A DNA stretch of 52,140 nt from Desulfurococcales archaeon. GTDB lineage: Archaea > Thermoproteota > Thermoprotei_A > Sulfolobales > Desulfurococcaceae. Of this stretch, positions 25,918 to 36,204 are shown in pieces. The first letter of the stretch is position 1; every line of letters starts with the position of its first letter. A model generated the notes under the pieces. That model had not been told where the DNA came from and did not search any database. It saw nothing but the letters and a program-made list of their open reading frames with translations. The translations under genes and the position numbers were made by a program. Location of the stretch: contig JAMOPC010000159.1 of NCBI GenBank assembly GCA_027064845.1, positions 1 to 52,140 of the forward strand. Direction: 5' to 3'.

Positions 25918-26484
25918 TTATTTATTCTCTGTTCTACGTTGTTTTTCTAATTCTTTCTTAATCCATTCTATTTTACCAAGATATGGTTGTCTCATAGTCA
26001 TTTGTACACGTAAGCCCTTGCCAGGAAGTGGTGCTACATTGTATACTCTAGCTCTCACTTTATCTCCCTTCTCAAGTATCTTCCTAGATTCTCTGAGGAT
26101 TAGTGCTGGTCTCGTAGGGTCATAATCTATTTTTTCGTCAGCTATCTGGTTAATGAATATAAAGCCATCGGATGCGCCTAAGTCGACAAAGACTCCATGT
26201 GCTACAACAGTGTTTACTTCTCCCTCAACGACTTCTTTTATAAAAGGATAAAACGCTAATAAAGTAAATTCTGCTTTGTGATAAGTAGCGCCGTCGCCAG
26301 GAATTATTTTTCCCTCAGGATCTACTTTAGCGTCTAAGACAGTAACAATTATACCCATATTCTTCGTAATGACACCCTCATAGGTCTTCCTAAGTTCTTC
26401 GAGAGCAGCTTCCTCTAGTGGTTTACTGAATTTTTCAGGAGGTATTCTAACAACATCTCTTACTCTATATAATCGATAAACCAT
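25918..26484 (-). CDS. rpoE: DNA-directed RNA polymerase subunit E' (Rpo7) with S1 domain
   Basis: The N-terminus MVYRLYRVRDVVRIPPEKF and the S1 fold GEVNTVVAHGVFVDLG fit Rpo7. Length is 188 aa. Confidence 0.9.
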   Translation of the reverse strand: MVYRLYRVRDVVRIPPEKFSKPLEEAALEELRKTYEGVITKNMGIIVTVLDAKVDPEGKIIPGDGATYHKAEFTLLAFYPFIKEVVEGEVNTVVAHGVFVDLGASDGFIFINQIADEKIDYDPTRPALILRESRKILEKGDKVRARVYNVAPLPGKGLRVQMTMRQPYLGKIEWIKKELEKQRRTENK

Positions 26485-26583
26485 AGTTCACACCATAACT
26501 AATTACTTGTTATCCACACTATTTTCTTGTTTTAACCATAAAAACTAGAGTAATAATATATCCCTTTATAATATTTAGTTTTT

Positions 26584-27006
26584 CTAACTATTCCAGTATT
26601 CTAATCCTTCAACCTCTATTATCATTCCCTCTTCCCGTAGGTAGATCTCTGGAATTCCATGAGTACGTAGTCTTTTTCTAAGTTCTTTATCATTTGTAGC
26701 AACAGCCACTCCATGTTCAGAAGCATATCTTAGAATAACATCATCTACTTTTTCTCCAGGAGCTGTTTCTACTTCTATTATTTTGCAATATTTCTTAGCT
26801 ATTTCTAATGCGAACTTAGCTTTTTTACTAATAGAAGGTTGTGATTTTTTTGCTAGTTTTTCAAGTTCTCTGATAATTGGTTTTAACACTATATAAATAG
26901 GGCGTGTTTCGAGTTTTTCTTCTATTTGATCAAATACGTTTATTCCATTAGCTATTAGTAATAGCATGTTTGTATCGAGGAGTATAACTGGTCTTTTCCT
27001 CGGCAT
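26584..27006 (-). CDS. PIN-domain endoribonuclease (Fcf1/Utp24-like, COG1412)
   Basis: VILLDTNMLL provides the first acidic residue and VATNDKELRKRL is also present. The conserved location between eIF2gamma and rpoE' fits. Confidence 0.8.
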   Translation of the reverse strand: MPRKRPVILLDTNMLLLIANGINVFDQIEEKLETRPIYIVLKPIIRELEKLAKKSQPSISKKAKFALEIAKKYCKIIEVETAPGEKVDDVILRYASEHGVAVATNDKELRKRLRTHGIPEIYLREEGMIIEVEGLEYWNS

Positions 27007-27049
27007 CTTAGTGCCTCTTAGTTGTGAAAATCCATTCTTAGCTAATTGT

Positions 27050-28312
27050 CTAAGATACCTCCTCTACTATTCCCCAACCAGTTAATCTCCATCGTCCAAG
27101 CACTCTCCTACTTATAGCTATTCTTGATCCTTCCCATGCTACAATGGGGTCTCTTAACTGGATCTCTATTATATCTTGTGTAACGTTCAATACTACGCCT
27201 ACTCTAATAGCTGTACCAGCTGTTATGACAACTATTTCTTTTCTCTGTAGAGGAGGTGTTTTGACCATTTCCTTCATTCCTACAACTCTTTGCAATAATT
27301 TATAGCGGGCTTTGATCCTTGTTGTTACTGGTGGTAAATGTCCTGGTTTTCCTACAACATTTCCTACTAGTGCATCTGATTTTGTTAGTGATGGGTCTAG
27401 TTTTGTTCCAATAGCTAGTAGTCCTCCTGGCCTTGCTTCTTCTACACTTAGTTCTCCGAACTTTAAGCTCACTACTTCGCTTATCACTGGTTCATATTTG
27501 TATCTTCCTTTTCCGGCTCCAATAGGTACTCTAACACCTGGCCTTATCTCTATCTCGTCACCCACTCTTATCACTCCCTGCATGAGTGAACCACCTATTA
27601 CTCCTCCCTTCAAGTCTTTGGGACGCGTTCCTGGCTTGTTGACATCGAAGCTTCTCGCTACATACATGAGTGGTGGTTTATCTAGTTCTCTTTCTGGTGT
27701 TGGTATTTCTTCCTGCATTGCTTGAAGTAATGCGTCTATGTTTGCTTTATGTAGTGCGCTTACCGGTATTATTGGTGCGTTTTCAGCCCATGTACCTTCT
27801 AGGAACTTCTTTATCTCCCTATAGTTTTCAAGAGCTCTTTCCTTGCTAACAACGTCTATTTTGTTCTGTACAATTACTAGGTTCTTTACACCTATGATAT
27901 CTAGTGCTACAAAATGCTCTAATGTCTGGGGTTGTGGGCATGGCTCGTTAGCTGCTATAACGAGTATTGCGCCATCCATCAAAGCTGCTCCACTAAGCAT
28001 TGTTGCCATTAAGGCTTCATGTCCAGGAGCATCTACGTAGCTGACTCTTCTAAGTAGTTTAGACTCGCTACCATCTGGGCACACAGGTTCAGTAGTATAT
28101 GCTTCCGGGGGTTCTAGGTTTTCACAATAAGCTATGTTTCCATCAGCATATCCTAGCCTAATAGTCATTCCTCTTTTTAATTCTTCGCTATGTCTAGCAG
28201 TCCATATACCTGTTAATGCTTGTACAAGTGTTGTCTTACCGTGGTCGACGTGTCCTACCACACCGATGTTAACTTCTGGTTGTTTCATTTCCCAAGGCAT
28301 ATTATTCACCAC
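27050..28312 (-). CDS. eif2g: Translation initiation factor aIF2 gamma subunit
   Basis: Contains [32 protein letters not shown] and the zinc knuckle region. Length is 420 aa. Confidence 0.95.
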   Translation of the reverse strand: MVNNMPWEMKQPEVNIGVVGHVDHGKTTLVQALTGIWTARHSEELKRGMTIRLGYADGNIAYCENLEPPEAYTTEPVCPDGSESKLLRRVSYVDAPGHEALMATMLSGAALMDGAILVIAANEPCPQPQTLEHFVALDIIGVKNLVIVQNKIDVVSKERALENYREIKKFLEGTWAENAPIIPVSALHKANIDALLQAMQEEIPTPERELDKPPLMYVARSFDVNKPGTRPKDLKGGVIGGSLMQGVIRVGDEIEIRPGVRVPIGAGKGRYKYEPVISEVVSLKFGELSVEEARPGGLLAIGTKLDPSLTKSDALVGNVVGKPGHLPPVTTRIKARYKLLQRVVGMKEMVKTPPLQRKEIVVITAGTAIRVGVVLNVTQDIIEIQLRDPIVAWEGSRIAISRRVLGRWRLTGWGIVEEVS

Positions 28313-28406
28313 GCTCGGAGAAAATTATTATGTGTTTGAAACAATAATAGTTTTAACCCCAAGGAGACGGTAAAAACAGTGTTTTTTAAACATTTTTTCT
28401 TAAACA

Positions 28407-29060
28407 TTATTGTTCATACTTTATAACAGTATTGATCTGTACAATGTCTTCGGTTATCATGTTACCACGTACCATTTTTCTGCGTCTTTCACCTTTTTCT
28501 CTAGGATGAAAACCTGGTGGCCCTGATAGTAATACTCTCTTCTTTACACCACCATGTATATCTGGTCTCATTGGAAAGCCACTATTATCGGTGCCCCCTC
28601 TAATTACTAGTGATACATTCTTTAATCCTACAAGAGAACCATCGAAGGAATCACCTATTCTTAATCCGATGATTCTTTTTGTTCTATCATCGTTTATCCT
28701 GATCTGCCAGGCACGTGCTCTGAAGAGCTCTCCCTCGATCTCATTTGTTCCCACTGTGTTTATTAGCTGATTGGCACTAACATGTACTTCATTTTCTGGT
28801 ATATTATCATCTATCACGATCTTGCCAGTAATCTTTACTTTGTCCTTGGTTTCTGGCTTATATATTCTTATCGTTGCAACGCCGTGTATTGCTTTTATCT
28901 TTTCCGCAGTTTTACTATTCATTTTGAGTATTGGTAGTTCGAAGCCTTCCTTTACTTTGTCAGTATATTCTATTTCCGGATCTCCTACTACTTTGACTTT
29001 AACTACTACTTCTTCTTTTGGTGCTTTTGGATCCGAGATAACTATCTTGAAATCAGCCAT
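28407..29060 (-). CDS. rps6e: Ribosomal protein S6e (eS6)
   Basis: MADFKIVISDP... and GGTDNSGFPMRPD are canonical archaeal eS6. Confidence 0.9.
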   Translation of the reverse strand: MADFKIVISDPKAPKEEVVVKVKVVGDPEIEYTDKVKEGFELPILKMNSKTAEKIKAIHGVATIRIYKPETKDKVKITGKIVIDDNIPENEVHVSANQLINTVGTNEIEGELFRARAWQIRINDDRTKRIIGLRIGDSFDGSLVGLKNVSLVIRGGTDNSGFPMRPDIHGGVKKRVLLSGPPGFHPREKGERRRKMVRGNMITEDIVQINTVIKYEQ

Positions 29061-29180
29061 GATTCAACTCCTCCACCAGTTCCCCGGTGGGGTTTCTAGC
29101 TTGATACAATAATTGATAAGGGGTATATATATGATATTGTTTAAAGTATTCCATATTAATAGTATGAAGGGGTGAAGAGT

Positions 29181-30992
29181 ATGAGTAGTGATAACAAGAA
29201 AACGTGGATGAGACAACCAATTGTTGTCGTCTTAGGACACGTTGATCATGGTAAGACAACATTATTAGATAAGATAAGAGGTACAGCAGTAGCTAAGAAA
29301 GAGCCAGGAGAGATCACGCAACATGTCGGAGCTAGTGTTGTCCCTGCATCGGTTTTGAAGAAAGTAGCTGAGCCTTTGAAGAAGTATTTCCCAAAACTTA
29401 GAATAGAGATTCCAGGCTTATTATTCATAGACACGCCTGGTCACGAATTATTTACTAATCTCCGGAGAAGAGGTGGTAGCGTAGCTGATATTGCTATACT
29501 AGTTGTTGATGTATTAGAAGGTTTTCAGCCTCAGACATGGGAGAGTATAGAAATATTGAAGGAGAGGAGAGTACCGTTTATTGTAGCAGCTAATAAAATT
29601 GATAGAATCCCGGGATGGAAACCTAATCCTGACACGCCTTTCTTAGAAACTATAAGAAAACAAGACCCAAGAGTAGTTAATAGACTTGAAGAATTAATTT
29701 ATAGACTAGTTTCTCAACTATATGAAGCTGGCTTTATGTCCGAAAGATTTGATCGAGTGAAAGATTTCAGAACAACTGTTGCAATAGTCCCCGTTTCTGC
29801 TAAAACAGGTGAAGGTGTTCCAGAACTACTAGCTCTTCTCACAGGGCTGGTTCAGCATTTCATGAAGAAAAAACTCATAACAAGTGATGAACCAGCAAAA
29901 GGAGTTATATTGGAGGTTAAAGAAGAGCCGGGACTGGGTACAACTATTGATGTAATAATATATGATGGTGTGTTAAGGAAAGGAGACTTAATTGTTGTAG
30001 GTGGTAAGACCAAGCCAATAGTAACTAGAGTAAGAGCACTGCTAATGCCGAGGCCCCTCCAGGATATGAGAGCACATGAAGGCAAGTTTATACAAGTTGA
30101 TGAAGTAATAGCAGCTACTGGTGTAAAGATCTCAGCGCCCGGTCTTGAAGATGCATTAGCTGGTTCACCGATATTTGTTGTTCCTAGAGAAGAACTAGTA
30201 TCAGAGTATTCTAAGAAAGTGCAAGAAGAAATAGAGTCTATAAGAATAAAGACTGACAATATAGGAGTTGTTGTCAAAGCAGATACACTTGGTACGTTAG
30301 AAGCTGTTGTTGAAGCGTTGAAACGTGAAAACATTCCTGTAAGGCTTGCAGATGTAGGTCCCGTTAGCAAGAACGATGTAATTGAAGCATCTGTATCGAA
30401 GAAGCATAGGCCAGAATATGGTGTTATAATAGCATTTAACGTCAAGGTATTGTCTGAAGCAGAAGAATATGCTGCGAGAGAAGGTGTAAGAATATTCCGG
30501 CATAACATAATCTATAGACTAATTGAAGAATATACTACATGGGTTAAAAAACTCAGAGAAGAAGAAAAACGTAGAGAGCTCGAGTCACTTATTAGACCAG
30601 GAAAAATAAGGATCATACCCGGCTATATCTTTAGAAGAAGCAATCCAGCCATAGTTGGCGTAGAAGTTCTTGGAGGAAGAATTAGGCCTGGCTACCCTCT
30701 CATGAGAAGTGATGGTATGAGGCTTGGCACAATAATGCAGATAAGAGACAGGGACAACGTCTTGAAAGAAGCAAGGGTTGGGCAATCAGTTGCTATTAGT
30801 ATCCGTGGAAGAATACTTGTTGGTAGACATGTTGATGAAGGAGATATTCTCTATACAGATATTCCGAAAGACCATGCTAGATTATGGTTAACCAAGTACA
30901 AAAACGAGCTTAGTGATGACGAGAAAATGGTGTTGAAGGAAATAATTAATATTAAGAAGAAACAAGATCCGTTCTATGGATTAGTTTTCTAG
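29181..30992 (+). CDS. infB: Translation initiation factor aIF5B (IF-2 homolog)
   Basis: Contains [30 protein letters not shown] and NKID, with four-domain length. I chose the ATG at 29181 preceded by GGGGTGA. The ORF track uses the GTG at 29172. Confidence 0.95.
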   Translation: MSSDNKKTWMRQPIVVVLGHVDHGKTTLLDKIRGTAVAKKEPGEITQHVGASVVPASVLKKVAEPLKKYFPKLRIEIPGLLFIDTPGHELFTNLRRRGGSVADIAILVVDVLEGFQPQTWESIEILKERRVPFIVAANKIDRIPGWKPNPDTPFLETIRKQDPRVVNRLEELIYRLVSQLYEAGFMSERFDRVKDFRTTVAIVPVSAKTGEGVPELLALLTGLVQHFMKKKLITSDEPAKGVILEVKEEPGLGTTIDVIIYDGVLRKGDLIVVGGKTKPIVTRVRALLMPRPLQDMRAHEGKFIQVDEVIAATGVKISAPGLEDALAGSPIFVVPREELVSEYSKKVQEEIESIRIKTDNIGVVVKADTLGTLEAVVEALKRENIPVRLADVGPVSKNDVIEASVSKKHRPEYGVIIAFNVKVLSEAEEYAAREGVRIFRHNIIYRLIEEYTTWVKKLREEEKRRELESLIRPGKIRIIPGYIFRRSNPAIVGVEVLGGRIRPGYPLMRSDGMRLGTIMQIRDRDNVLKEARVGQSVAISIRGRILVGRHVDEGDILYTDIPKDHARLWLTKYKNELSDDEKMVLKEIINIKKKQDPFYGLVF

Positions 30993-31018
30993 CAACAATT
31001 ACGAAATATATATAATTA

Positions 31019-31444
31019 TTACCATTCATAAATTTCATTATCCTTAAAGAGGATCGAGATCTCTTTTTTAGCACTTTCAGGGCTATCACTTGCATGTACA
31101 ACATTCTCAGACTTCGATAATGCGTAGTCTCCACGAATAGTACCTGGTGGCGCTTCTCTGCCATCGGTTGGGCCTATCATTAATCTAACAACATTGATAG
31201 CGTTATCACCTTCTAAAACCATAGCTATAACTGGGCCTGAAGTAATGAACTCGATTAAGCTCTCAAAGAACGGTTTTCCTCTATGAACACTGTAGAACTC
31301 TTCAGCTTCTTCTCTTGTGAACCAGTGCATTTTCAAAGCTTTTATCTTAAGTCCTTTCTTCTCGAATCTACTAATTATTTCGCCTATAAGCCTTCTCTTG
31401 ACACCATCGGGTTTTATCATTACAAGTGTTTGTTCAATAACCAT
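31019..31444 (-). CDS. ndk: Nucleoside diphosphate kinase
   Basis: Contains [20 protein letters not shown] (active-site His) and TIRGDY. Confidence 0.95.
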   Translation of the reverse strand: MVIEQTLVMIKPDGVKRRLIGEIISRFEKKGLKIKALKMHWFTREEAEEFYSVHRGKPFFESLIEFITSGPVIAMVLEGDNAINVVRLMIGPTDGREAPPGTIRGDYALSKSENVVHASDSPESAKKEISILFKDNEIYEW

Positions 31445-31503
31445 TCGCTATCACCTGTGTAAGGCCTTGTTTTTGTTATTTAAACTATTTTGGATAAAAT
31501 GGA

Positions 31504-31692
31504 TTATCTCATCTGTTGTCCATACTTTAGTGTCCACTTAAGTTTTCTAGGGTCTCTTTTGAGTATTAAATAGTTTTTATAACACTTTCTGCTACAGAAC
31601 CAGAGTATGCTCCCATCGTTCTTGACATACATTAATCCTGTTCCAGGCTCTATTTCTCTTCCGCAAAAACTACACTTGACCAATCTAGGCAT
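31504..31692 (-). CDS. rpl24e: Ribosomal protein L24e (eL24)
   Basis: [40 protein letters not shown] is canonical. I chose the ATG at 31692. The ORF track extends to 31746. Confidence 0.9.
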   Translation of the reverse strand: MPRLVKCSFCGREIEPGTGLMYVKNDGSILWFCSRKCYKNYLILKRDPRKLKWTLKYGQQMR

Positions 31693-31775
31693 TTTTCTCT
31701 CCCTGCACCATGTTTTGCCTCTGAGGTTTTCAACGGAGAAATACAATATTATAGACTTTTAAGTTTTATCGTAAA

Positions 31776-31788
31776 CCTTATAAAAACG
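31776..31788 (+). promoter_or_regulatory. BRE/TATA-like element (AACCTTATAAAAA) upstream of rps28e
   Basis: An AT-rich TATA-like box lies about 65-75 nt upstream of the rps28e ATG, and GGTG lies 8 nt before the ATG. The call rests on sequence only. Confidence 0.35.
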
Positions 31789-31852
31789 TATTTCACTATT
31801 CCACATGTGAAGTTTTCAACAAGTTGTTGGATAGGGAAAAGGTGTTAACGTC

Positions 31853-32128
31853 ATGAGCAATAATGAAGTAGAAAAATCTGATAAGATTATTGCTGAACAA
31901 CCACCTGTAAATATTATTGAGGAAATTGGTTTCCCAGCAGAAGTTATACAAATAATAGGTCGAACAGGTGTAACGGGAGAAATTATACAGGTTCGTGTAA
32001 GAGTTTTAGAAGGAAGAGACAAAGGTAGAATCATTACAAGGAACGTAAAAGGACCCGTAAGACTAGGAGACATATTAATTCTCAGAGAAACAGAGAGAGA
32101 AGCACGCAAGCTCAGTGGTAGAAGATAA
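31853..32128 (+). CDS. rps28e: Ribosomal protein S28e (eS28)
   Basis: [60 protein letters not shown] is canonical eS28. An N-terminal extension of about 25 aa is present. Confidence 0.9.
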   Translation: MSNNEVEKSDKIIAEQPPVNIIEEIGFPAEVIQIIGRTGVTGEIIQVRVRVLEGRDKGRIITRNVKGPVRLGDILILRETEREARKLSGRR

Positions 32129-32258
32129 GCTTGTTTATTGTTTTTGAATATAATAATACTTTTACCATTCTGGACTTATTCTTTTATTACAACATATAGA
32201 AGATACGTGTAAAAAACAATCTTATAGTTTATGAATACTTGTTTTTATCTCAACTGCT

Positions 32259-32645
32259 TTATGCTCCTGCTTTAGCCTTTAATTCTTGTACTTTACGAAT
32301 TATTTCTTCGACTAGTTCTTTTGCTCCGCCCGGCTCTATTATAGCTGCACTAGCGGCTGCTACTTCGATCCCAGCTGCTTCGCCGAGCCTCTTCTTACTT
32401 GGTACATATACATAGGGTATTTTCTTTTCTTCACATAGAAGTGGTAAGTGTGCTACGATTTCTGGCGGATCAACGTCTTCTGCTATTATTACTAGTTTTG
32501 CAAGACCTCTCTCAACGGCTTTAGTTGTTTCATTAGTTCCTTTCTTTATTTTTCCACCAGTTTCTCTAGCTTTCTTTACTGCTTCGTATACTTTCTCGGC
32601 TAGTTCTGGCGGTACTTCGAATTTTACATAAAATGGTTTAGACAT
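32259..32645 (-). CDS. rpl7ae: Ribosomal protein L7Ae (K-turn binding; also a C/D and H/ACA sRNP component)
   Basis: [64 protein letters not shown] is canonical. I chose the ATG at 32645 with GGAGGAGGATGA upstream. The ORF track extends to 32744. Confidence 0.95.
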   Translation of the reverse strand: MSKPFYVKFEVPPELAEKVYEAVKKARETGGKIKKGTNETTKAVERGLAKLVIIAEDVDPPEIVAHLPLLCEEKKIPYVYVPSKKRLGEAAGIEVAAASAAIIEPGGAKELVEEIIRKVQELKAKAGA

Positions 32646-32722
32646 ACCTTCATCCTCCTCCCATGAACTTTGGTCGTCTGACCTATTGTGAATAGTAATT
32701 ATTGGTAATATAAAGATTTTGT

Positions 32723-34480
32723 TTAGTCGTGTGTATAGATGCATTTCACAATGTTTTCTTCTATAGAATCTATTCTTGCAAAACCTATTCTATAGAATTG
32801 TACTATGTTATCGATTTTTTCTTCAGCAATGTTTTTCTCAACATACAGTATTTTCCTCTTAAGCTCGAGATCTTCAGGTATTATTAGTTCAGCTATTATG
32901 TGTTCATTCATCTTTACCCATTGAATTATTGGTGCATTATTCTTTCTGGCGTCCTCGGGGCTTGTACTAATTAATCTTGCTTCAAATCCTATGATTGTGT
33001 TTGATACAAAGATACTTGATAATGCGAAGTTCCCTAGTCCAAGTAGTCTGAACATTTTATTCTCTATTATTTTGAAGTCTTTTCCAGAAATCATTACTAT
33101 GTCGTTTGGTTTAATTAAATATTTATATGTCTCCTTGGTATCTGGGTGTCTCATAATATGTGCTTCTAGACTGTTTTTAAAACCACTTAATTTTAGATAT
33201 ACTGGGTTATCTACAGCCATGTATCTTCTAGCATACTTGTCTATTAATGATCTGTTGATCGCTGCTAGATTAACAAAGCTTATATGTGCGTCAATAGGTT
33301 TTATTCCAACATCTCTAATTATTTTATGGAGTGCTTCTCTTACTATACCTCTCCTTCTTAATCCAGATATTGTACCGAATCTTGGATCATCGTAGGGCTT
33401 CATATTGTATTCTAGGATCATTTTTCTCATTTTCGACTTGCTAAGAATAACTCCTTCCAAGCTCAGTCTTCCAAAATGTATTGTTTCGGGATACTTCCAT
33501 CCCATGTGATCGTATAGGTATTTTTGCTTGATTGTATTAGATACGTGTTCTTTGGCTCTAAGAATATGTGTGATTCCCATTAAGTGATCGTCTACAGCTG
33601 CAGCCAAGTTATATGTTGGCCACAAAATATACTTATCACCAACTATTGGATGTGGTGTTTTAGATGTATCTATTATTCTTGCAGCTACCCAATCTCGAAC
33701 ACTTGGGTCTGGATGGTTTAAGTCTGTTTTAATCCTGATAACGGCTTCTCCTTCTCCATAGTATCCTTCCAGGATCTTATCGTATTCTTCGAGTTGTTTA
33801 TCAATAGGTTGTTCTCTGTGAGGACAGGGTTTTCCAGAATCTCTGTATTTCTTGAACTCGATTGATGGGCATTTATCTATGTATGCTCCGCCTTTTTCAA
33901 TGAGTTTTTTGAGGATCTCGTAGAATATTGGAAGTCTTAGGCTTTGAATGTATTCCTCACTCCATTTAATGCCCAGCCATGATAGATCTTCTTTTATTTT
34001 CTCGTATGCTTCTGGGAAAGATGCTTTAGTACGTGGATCGGTGTCTTCAAATCTAAGTATCATTTTTCCATTATACATTTCTGCGTACCAGTAACTGAGT
34101 AGCGCTGGCCTAGCATTTCCTAGATGTATAGTATAGTCAGGATTAGGGGCGAACCTAGTAATTACTTTTCCGGGTATAGCGTTTGGGAGCGGTGGCAGGG
34201 TTTTTTCTTTTTCTTCACGCTTCTCTTCTAGGAGCTCAGGGTATTCTTTCTCAAGTATTTTTCTTTGTTGTTCTAGAGATAACTTATTTACTTCTTCAAT
34301 TACTTGTTTTACTAAATCAATTATTTCTCTAACATTCTTCCTTATTTCTGGTATTTCGCCTATGATCTTGGCTATTACTGGTTTTAGCTCTGCTTTTCCC
34401 CCGTGTTTATAAGCGTTTAATAGTGCGTGTTTATATGCTGTTTTCTTAACTTTTTCTAATAATGATTTCTCTAGCGTCAT
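32723..34480 (-). CDS. gltX: Glutamyl-tRNA synthetase (archaeal type)
   Basis: A class I aaRS with a HIGH-like [10 protein letters not shown] and a KMSKS-like LSKSKM. The archaeal N-terminal [16 protein letters not shown] is present. Length is 585 aa. Confidence 0.9.
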   Translation of the reverse strand: MTLEKSLLEKVKKTAYKHALLNAYKHGGKAELKPVIAKIIGEIPEIRKNVREIIDLVKQVIEEVNKLSLEQQRKILEKEYPELLEEKREEKEKTLPPLPNAIPGKVITRFAPNPDYTIHLGNARPALLSYWYAEMYNGKMILRFEDTDPRTKASFPEAYEKIKEDLSWLGIKWSEEYIQSLRLPIFYEILKKLIEKGGAYIDKCPSIEFKKYRDSGKPCPHREQPIDKQLEEYDKILEGYYGEGEAVIRIKTDLNHPDPSVRDWVAARIIDTSKTPHPIVGDKYILWPTYNLAAAVDDHLMGITHILRAKEHVSNTIKQKYLYDHMGWKYPETIHFGRLSLEGVILSKSKMRKMILEYNMKPYDDPRFGTISGLRRRGIVREALHKIIRDVGIKPIDAHISFVNLAAINRSLIDKYARRYMAVDNPVYLKLSGFKNSLEAHIMRHPDTKETYKYLIKPNDIVMISGKDFKIIENKMFRLLGLGNFALSSIFVSNTIIGFEARLISTSPEDARKNNAPIIQWVKMNEHIIAELIIPEDLELKRKILYVEKNIAEEKIDNIVQFYRIGFARIDSIEENIVKCIYTHD

Positions 34481-34964
34481 CTTTGCTCACAACCGCTAAG
34501 ATATATTTTTCTGGTTGTTCCCAGGGGAGATTTATTACGAGTAAAACAATTCCTTTGCAAGGGGATTTTGTAACACGTACTTCTCCTTTACCAGTAATTG
34601 TGTATGCAATTTTATCTTTTTCATCTACGTTATCGCCTTCTTTTATGAAAACATATGGTTGTATTCCTTTAACCTCAATGAGGCAGAGAGGTGTGTCTTT
34701 TTTAACAAATATTCCTTTTAACTCTTTTTTATCTAGAGTAAATTCTGGAACAACTATTGTATCTATTTGTATTCTTGCTTCAACTAGGTCTACGTAGTTA
34801 AGGATTTCCTCATAAACAATGTTTGTATATATCTTGTTTCTGTCTACGACTTTTCCAAGTCTTTCTTTTTCAATAAGATAAAACTCGTTATTTGTTTGTA
34901 CAATACAGTATTTTCCATCATGTAAACCTTTGACAAATATTTCTGGATAATTGTATTTTTCCAT
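34446..34964 (-). CDS. Conserved archaeal hypothetical protein with C-terminal lipoyl/biotinyl-like barrel (possibly DUF2118-like)
   Basis: The protein is 172 aa. The C-terminal segment IKEGDNVDEKDKIAYTITGKGEVRVTKSPCKGIVLLV resembles a hybrid-barrel (lipoyl-like) motif. No lysine attachment motif is evident. Confidence 0.5.
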   Translation of the reverse strand: MEKYNYPEIFVKGLHDGKYCIVQTNNEFYLIEKERLGKVVDRNKIYTNIVYEEILNYVDLVEARIQIDTIVVPEFTLDKKELKGIFVKKDTPLCLIEVKGIQPYVFIKEGDNVDEKDKIAYTITGKGEVRVTKSPCKGIVLLVINLPWEQPEKYILAVVSKDDAREIIIRKS

Positions 34965-36101
34965 CTAGGATCCTCTCAAATACTTGATGTATTGCTCTGG
35001 ATTTATCCCCCTAGTTTTCAGATAGGTAATGTATGGTTCTAATAGTATTATAGGTATTTTGTGTAAATCGTTTATTTTCCTAGCCCCTGTCAAGAACATT
35101 ATTATTTTCATTGATTCTATGATTGTTTCTAAGTATTTTTTAGCTGAAACATAATTTTCTAGAAGCAGCTTCTTTATAATAGGCTTAGCTAATCCTACCA
35201 TATCTGCTCCTATAGCTATTGATTTCACAGCTTTTAATCCGTCCCATACCCCGCCACTTGCTATTATGATTGAATCGGGAGCAGCGGCTCTTGTTTCAAT
35301 AACTGCTATGGGAGTTGGTATGCCCCATCTAGCAAGCAGTTCTGCTATTGCTTGCTTAATAGGAGTTGTCCGTTTCCTGTACTTCTCTACGAGTATCCAG
35401 TTTGTTCCACAAGCCCCTGCCACGTCAAAGATCCTTACTCCAACAGATCTCAGTTTACTTACTGTTTCCATAGATAAACCGTTTCCAACTTCCTTAATGA
35501 TCAATGGTATATCCAGAAGATCAAGTATTTCAGCGATTTTCTCGCTTATCTTTTCGCTAAATCTCAAGTCTCCCTCTGGTTGTATCGCTTCTTGTGCTGG
35601 ATTGAAATGTATTGCTAAAGCATCTGCATTAATTGTTTTGACTAACCACTCGATGTCCTCAGGTACTAGGTCGTGGAGAGTATTAGCACCTATATTCCCA
35701 ATTAATGGGACATTTTCAGCTATTTCTCTCACTACCTTGTATGTTTTAATTACTTCATCGTTATTTCTATAAATAATCATTGGTCGCTGGCTACCAACAC
35801 CAATAGCAAGTCCTAATTCTGATGCTAGTTCTGCTAGTTTCTCATTTATATCATACGTGTCTGGATGTCCTCCGGTCATAGCCTCTATAATGATTGGAGC
35901 TGATAGCTTGTATCCCAGGAAATATGTTGATAGATCTATTTCTTCATAGTTTATTCTAGGGTATGCTTGGTGGATTAGAATTATTGCATCATATAAGTTA
36001 GTGCAGTGTTCTGGAAAATCGACGTCATGGTTAAGAACTACTTCTATATGCTCTATTTTTCTATGTCCTATTCTTTCATCTTCCAAGTGTTTTCTCCTCA
36101 T
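34965..36101 (-). CDS. fni: Isopentenyl-diphosphate delta-isomerase type 2 (FMN-dependent, IDI-2)
   Basis: Contains RKIEHIEV and the TIM-barrel motifs MTGG, IKEVGNG and ASGGV. Confidence 0.9.
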   Translation of the reverse strand: MRRKHLEDERIGHRKIEHIEVVLNHDVDFPEHCTNLYDAIILIHQAYPRINYEEIDLSTYFLGYKLSAPIIIEAMTGGHPDTYDINEKLAELASELGLAIGVGSQRPMIIYRNNDEVIKTYKVVREIAENVPLIGNIGANTLHDLVPEDIEWLVKTINADALAIHFNPAQEAIQPEGDLRFSEKISEKIAEILDLLDIPLIIKEVGNGLSMETVSKLRSVGVRIFDVAGACGTNWILVEKYRKRTTPIKQAIAELLARWGIPTPIAVIETRAAAPDSIIIASGGVWDGLKAVKSIAIGADMVGLAKPIIKKLLLENYVSAKKYLETIIESMKIIMFLTGARKINDLHKIPIILLEPYITYLKTRGINPEQYIKYLRGS

Positions 36102-36204
36102 AAAAATACTTTGCTCATAAATAGCAATGAGCTATTCACGTAAAACAATTGTTATTATACTAAAATTAACATGTTCCTAGAAAAACGTGATAAGTTATCG
36201 TATT

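Noticed and set aside
25327-26125. Two plus-strand ORFs (143 and 126 aa) opposite DUF359, spt4 and rpoE'
   Set aside because: They are antisense to three conserved genes. The translations are hydrophobic and Ser-rich shadow-frame sequence with no motifs.
29073-29090. Hairpin CCACC-8nt-GGTGG in the rps6e leader that overlaps its Shine-Dalgarno
   Set aside because: A 5-bp stem is marginal at hyperthermophilic growth temperatures. There is no evidence of regulation.
29852-30508. 218-aa ORF antisense to infB (also 29246..29434, 30297..30503 and 30585..30785)
   Set aside because: It lies entirely inside a well-supported aIF5B gene. The Ser/Thr/Leu/Ile-rich low-complexity translation is typical of the antisense frame of K/E-rich genes, and there are no start signals.
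31816-32109. 97-aa minus-strand ORF that would restore codirectionality with rpl7ae and rpl24e
   Set aside because: Its translation has no similarity to anything ribosomal, whereas the plus-strand frame gives a textbook eS28. The plus-strand reading is therefore the gene.
32646-32722. Possible K-turn or K-loop in the rpl7ae 5' leader (CAGA ... 22 nt ... GGATGAA just before the ATG), as L7Ae autoregulation would predict
   Set aside because: I could not draw the flanking canonical and non-canonical stems convincingly. The GGAGGAGGATGA also doubles as the Shine-Dalgarno. This is too speculative without folding or binding data.
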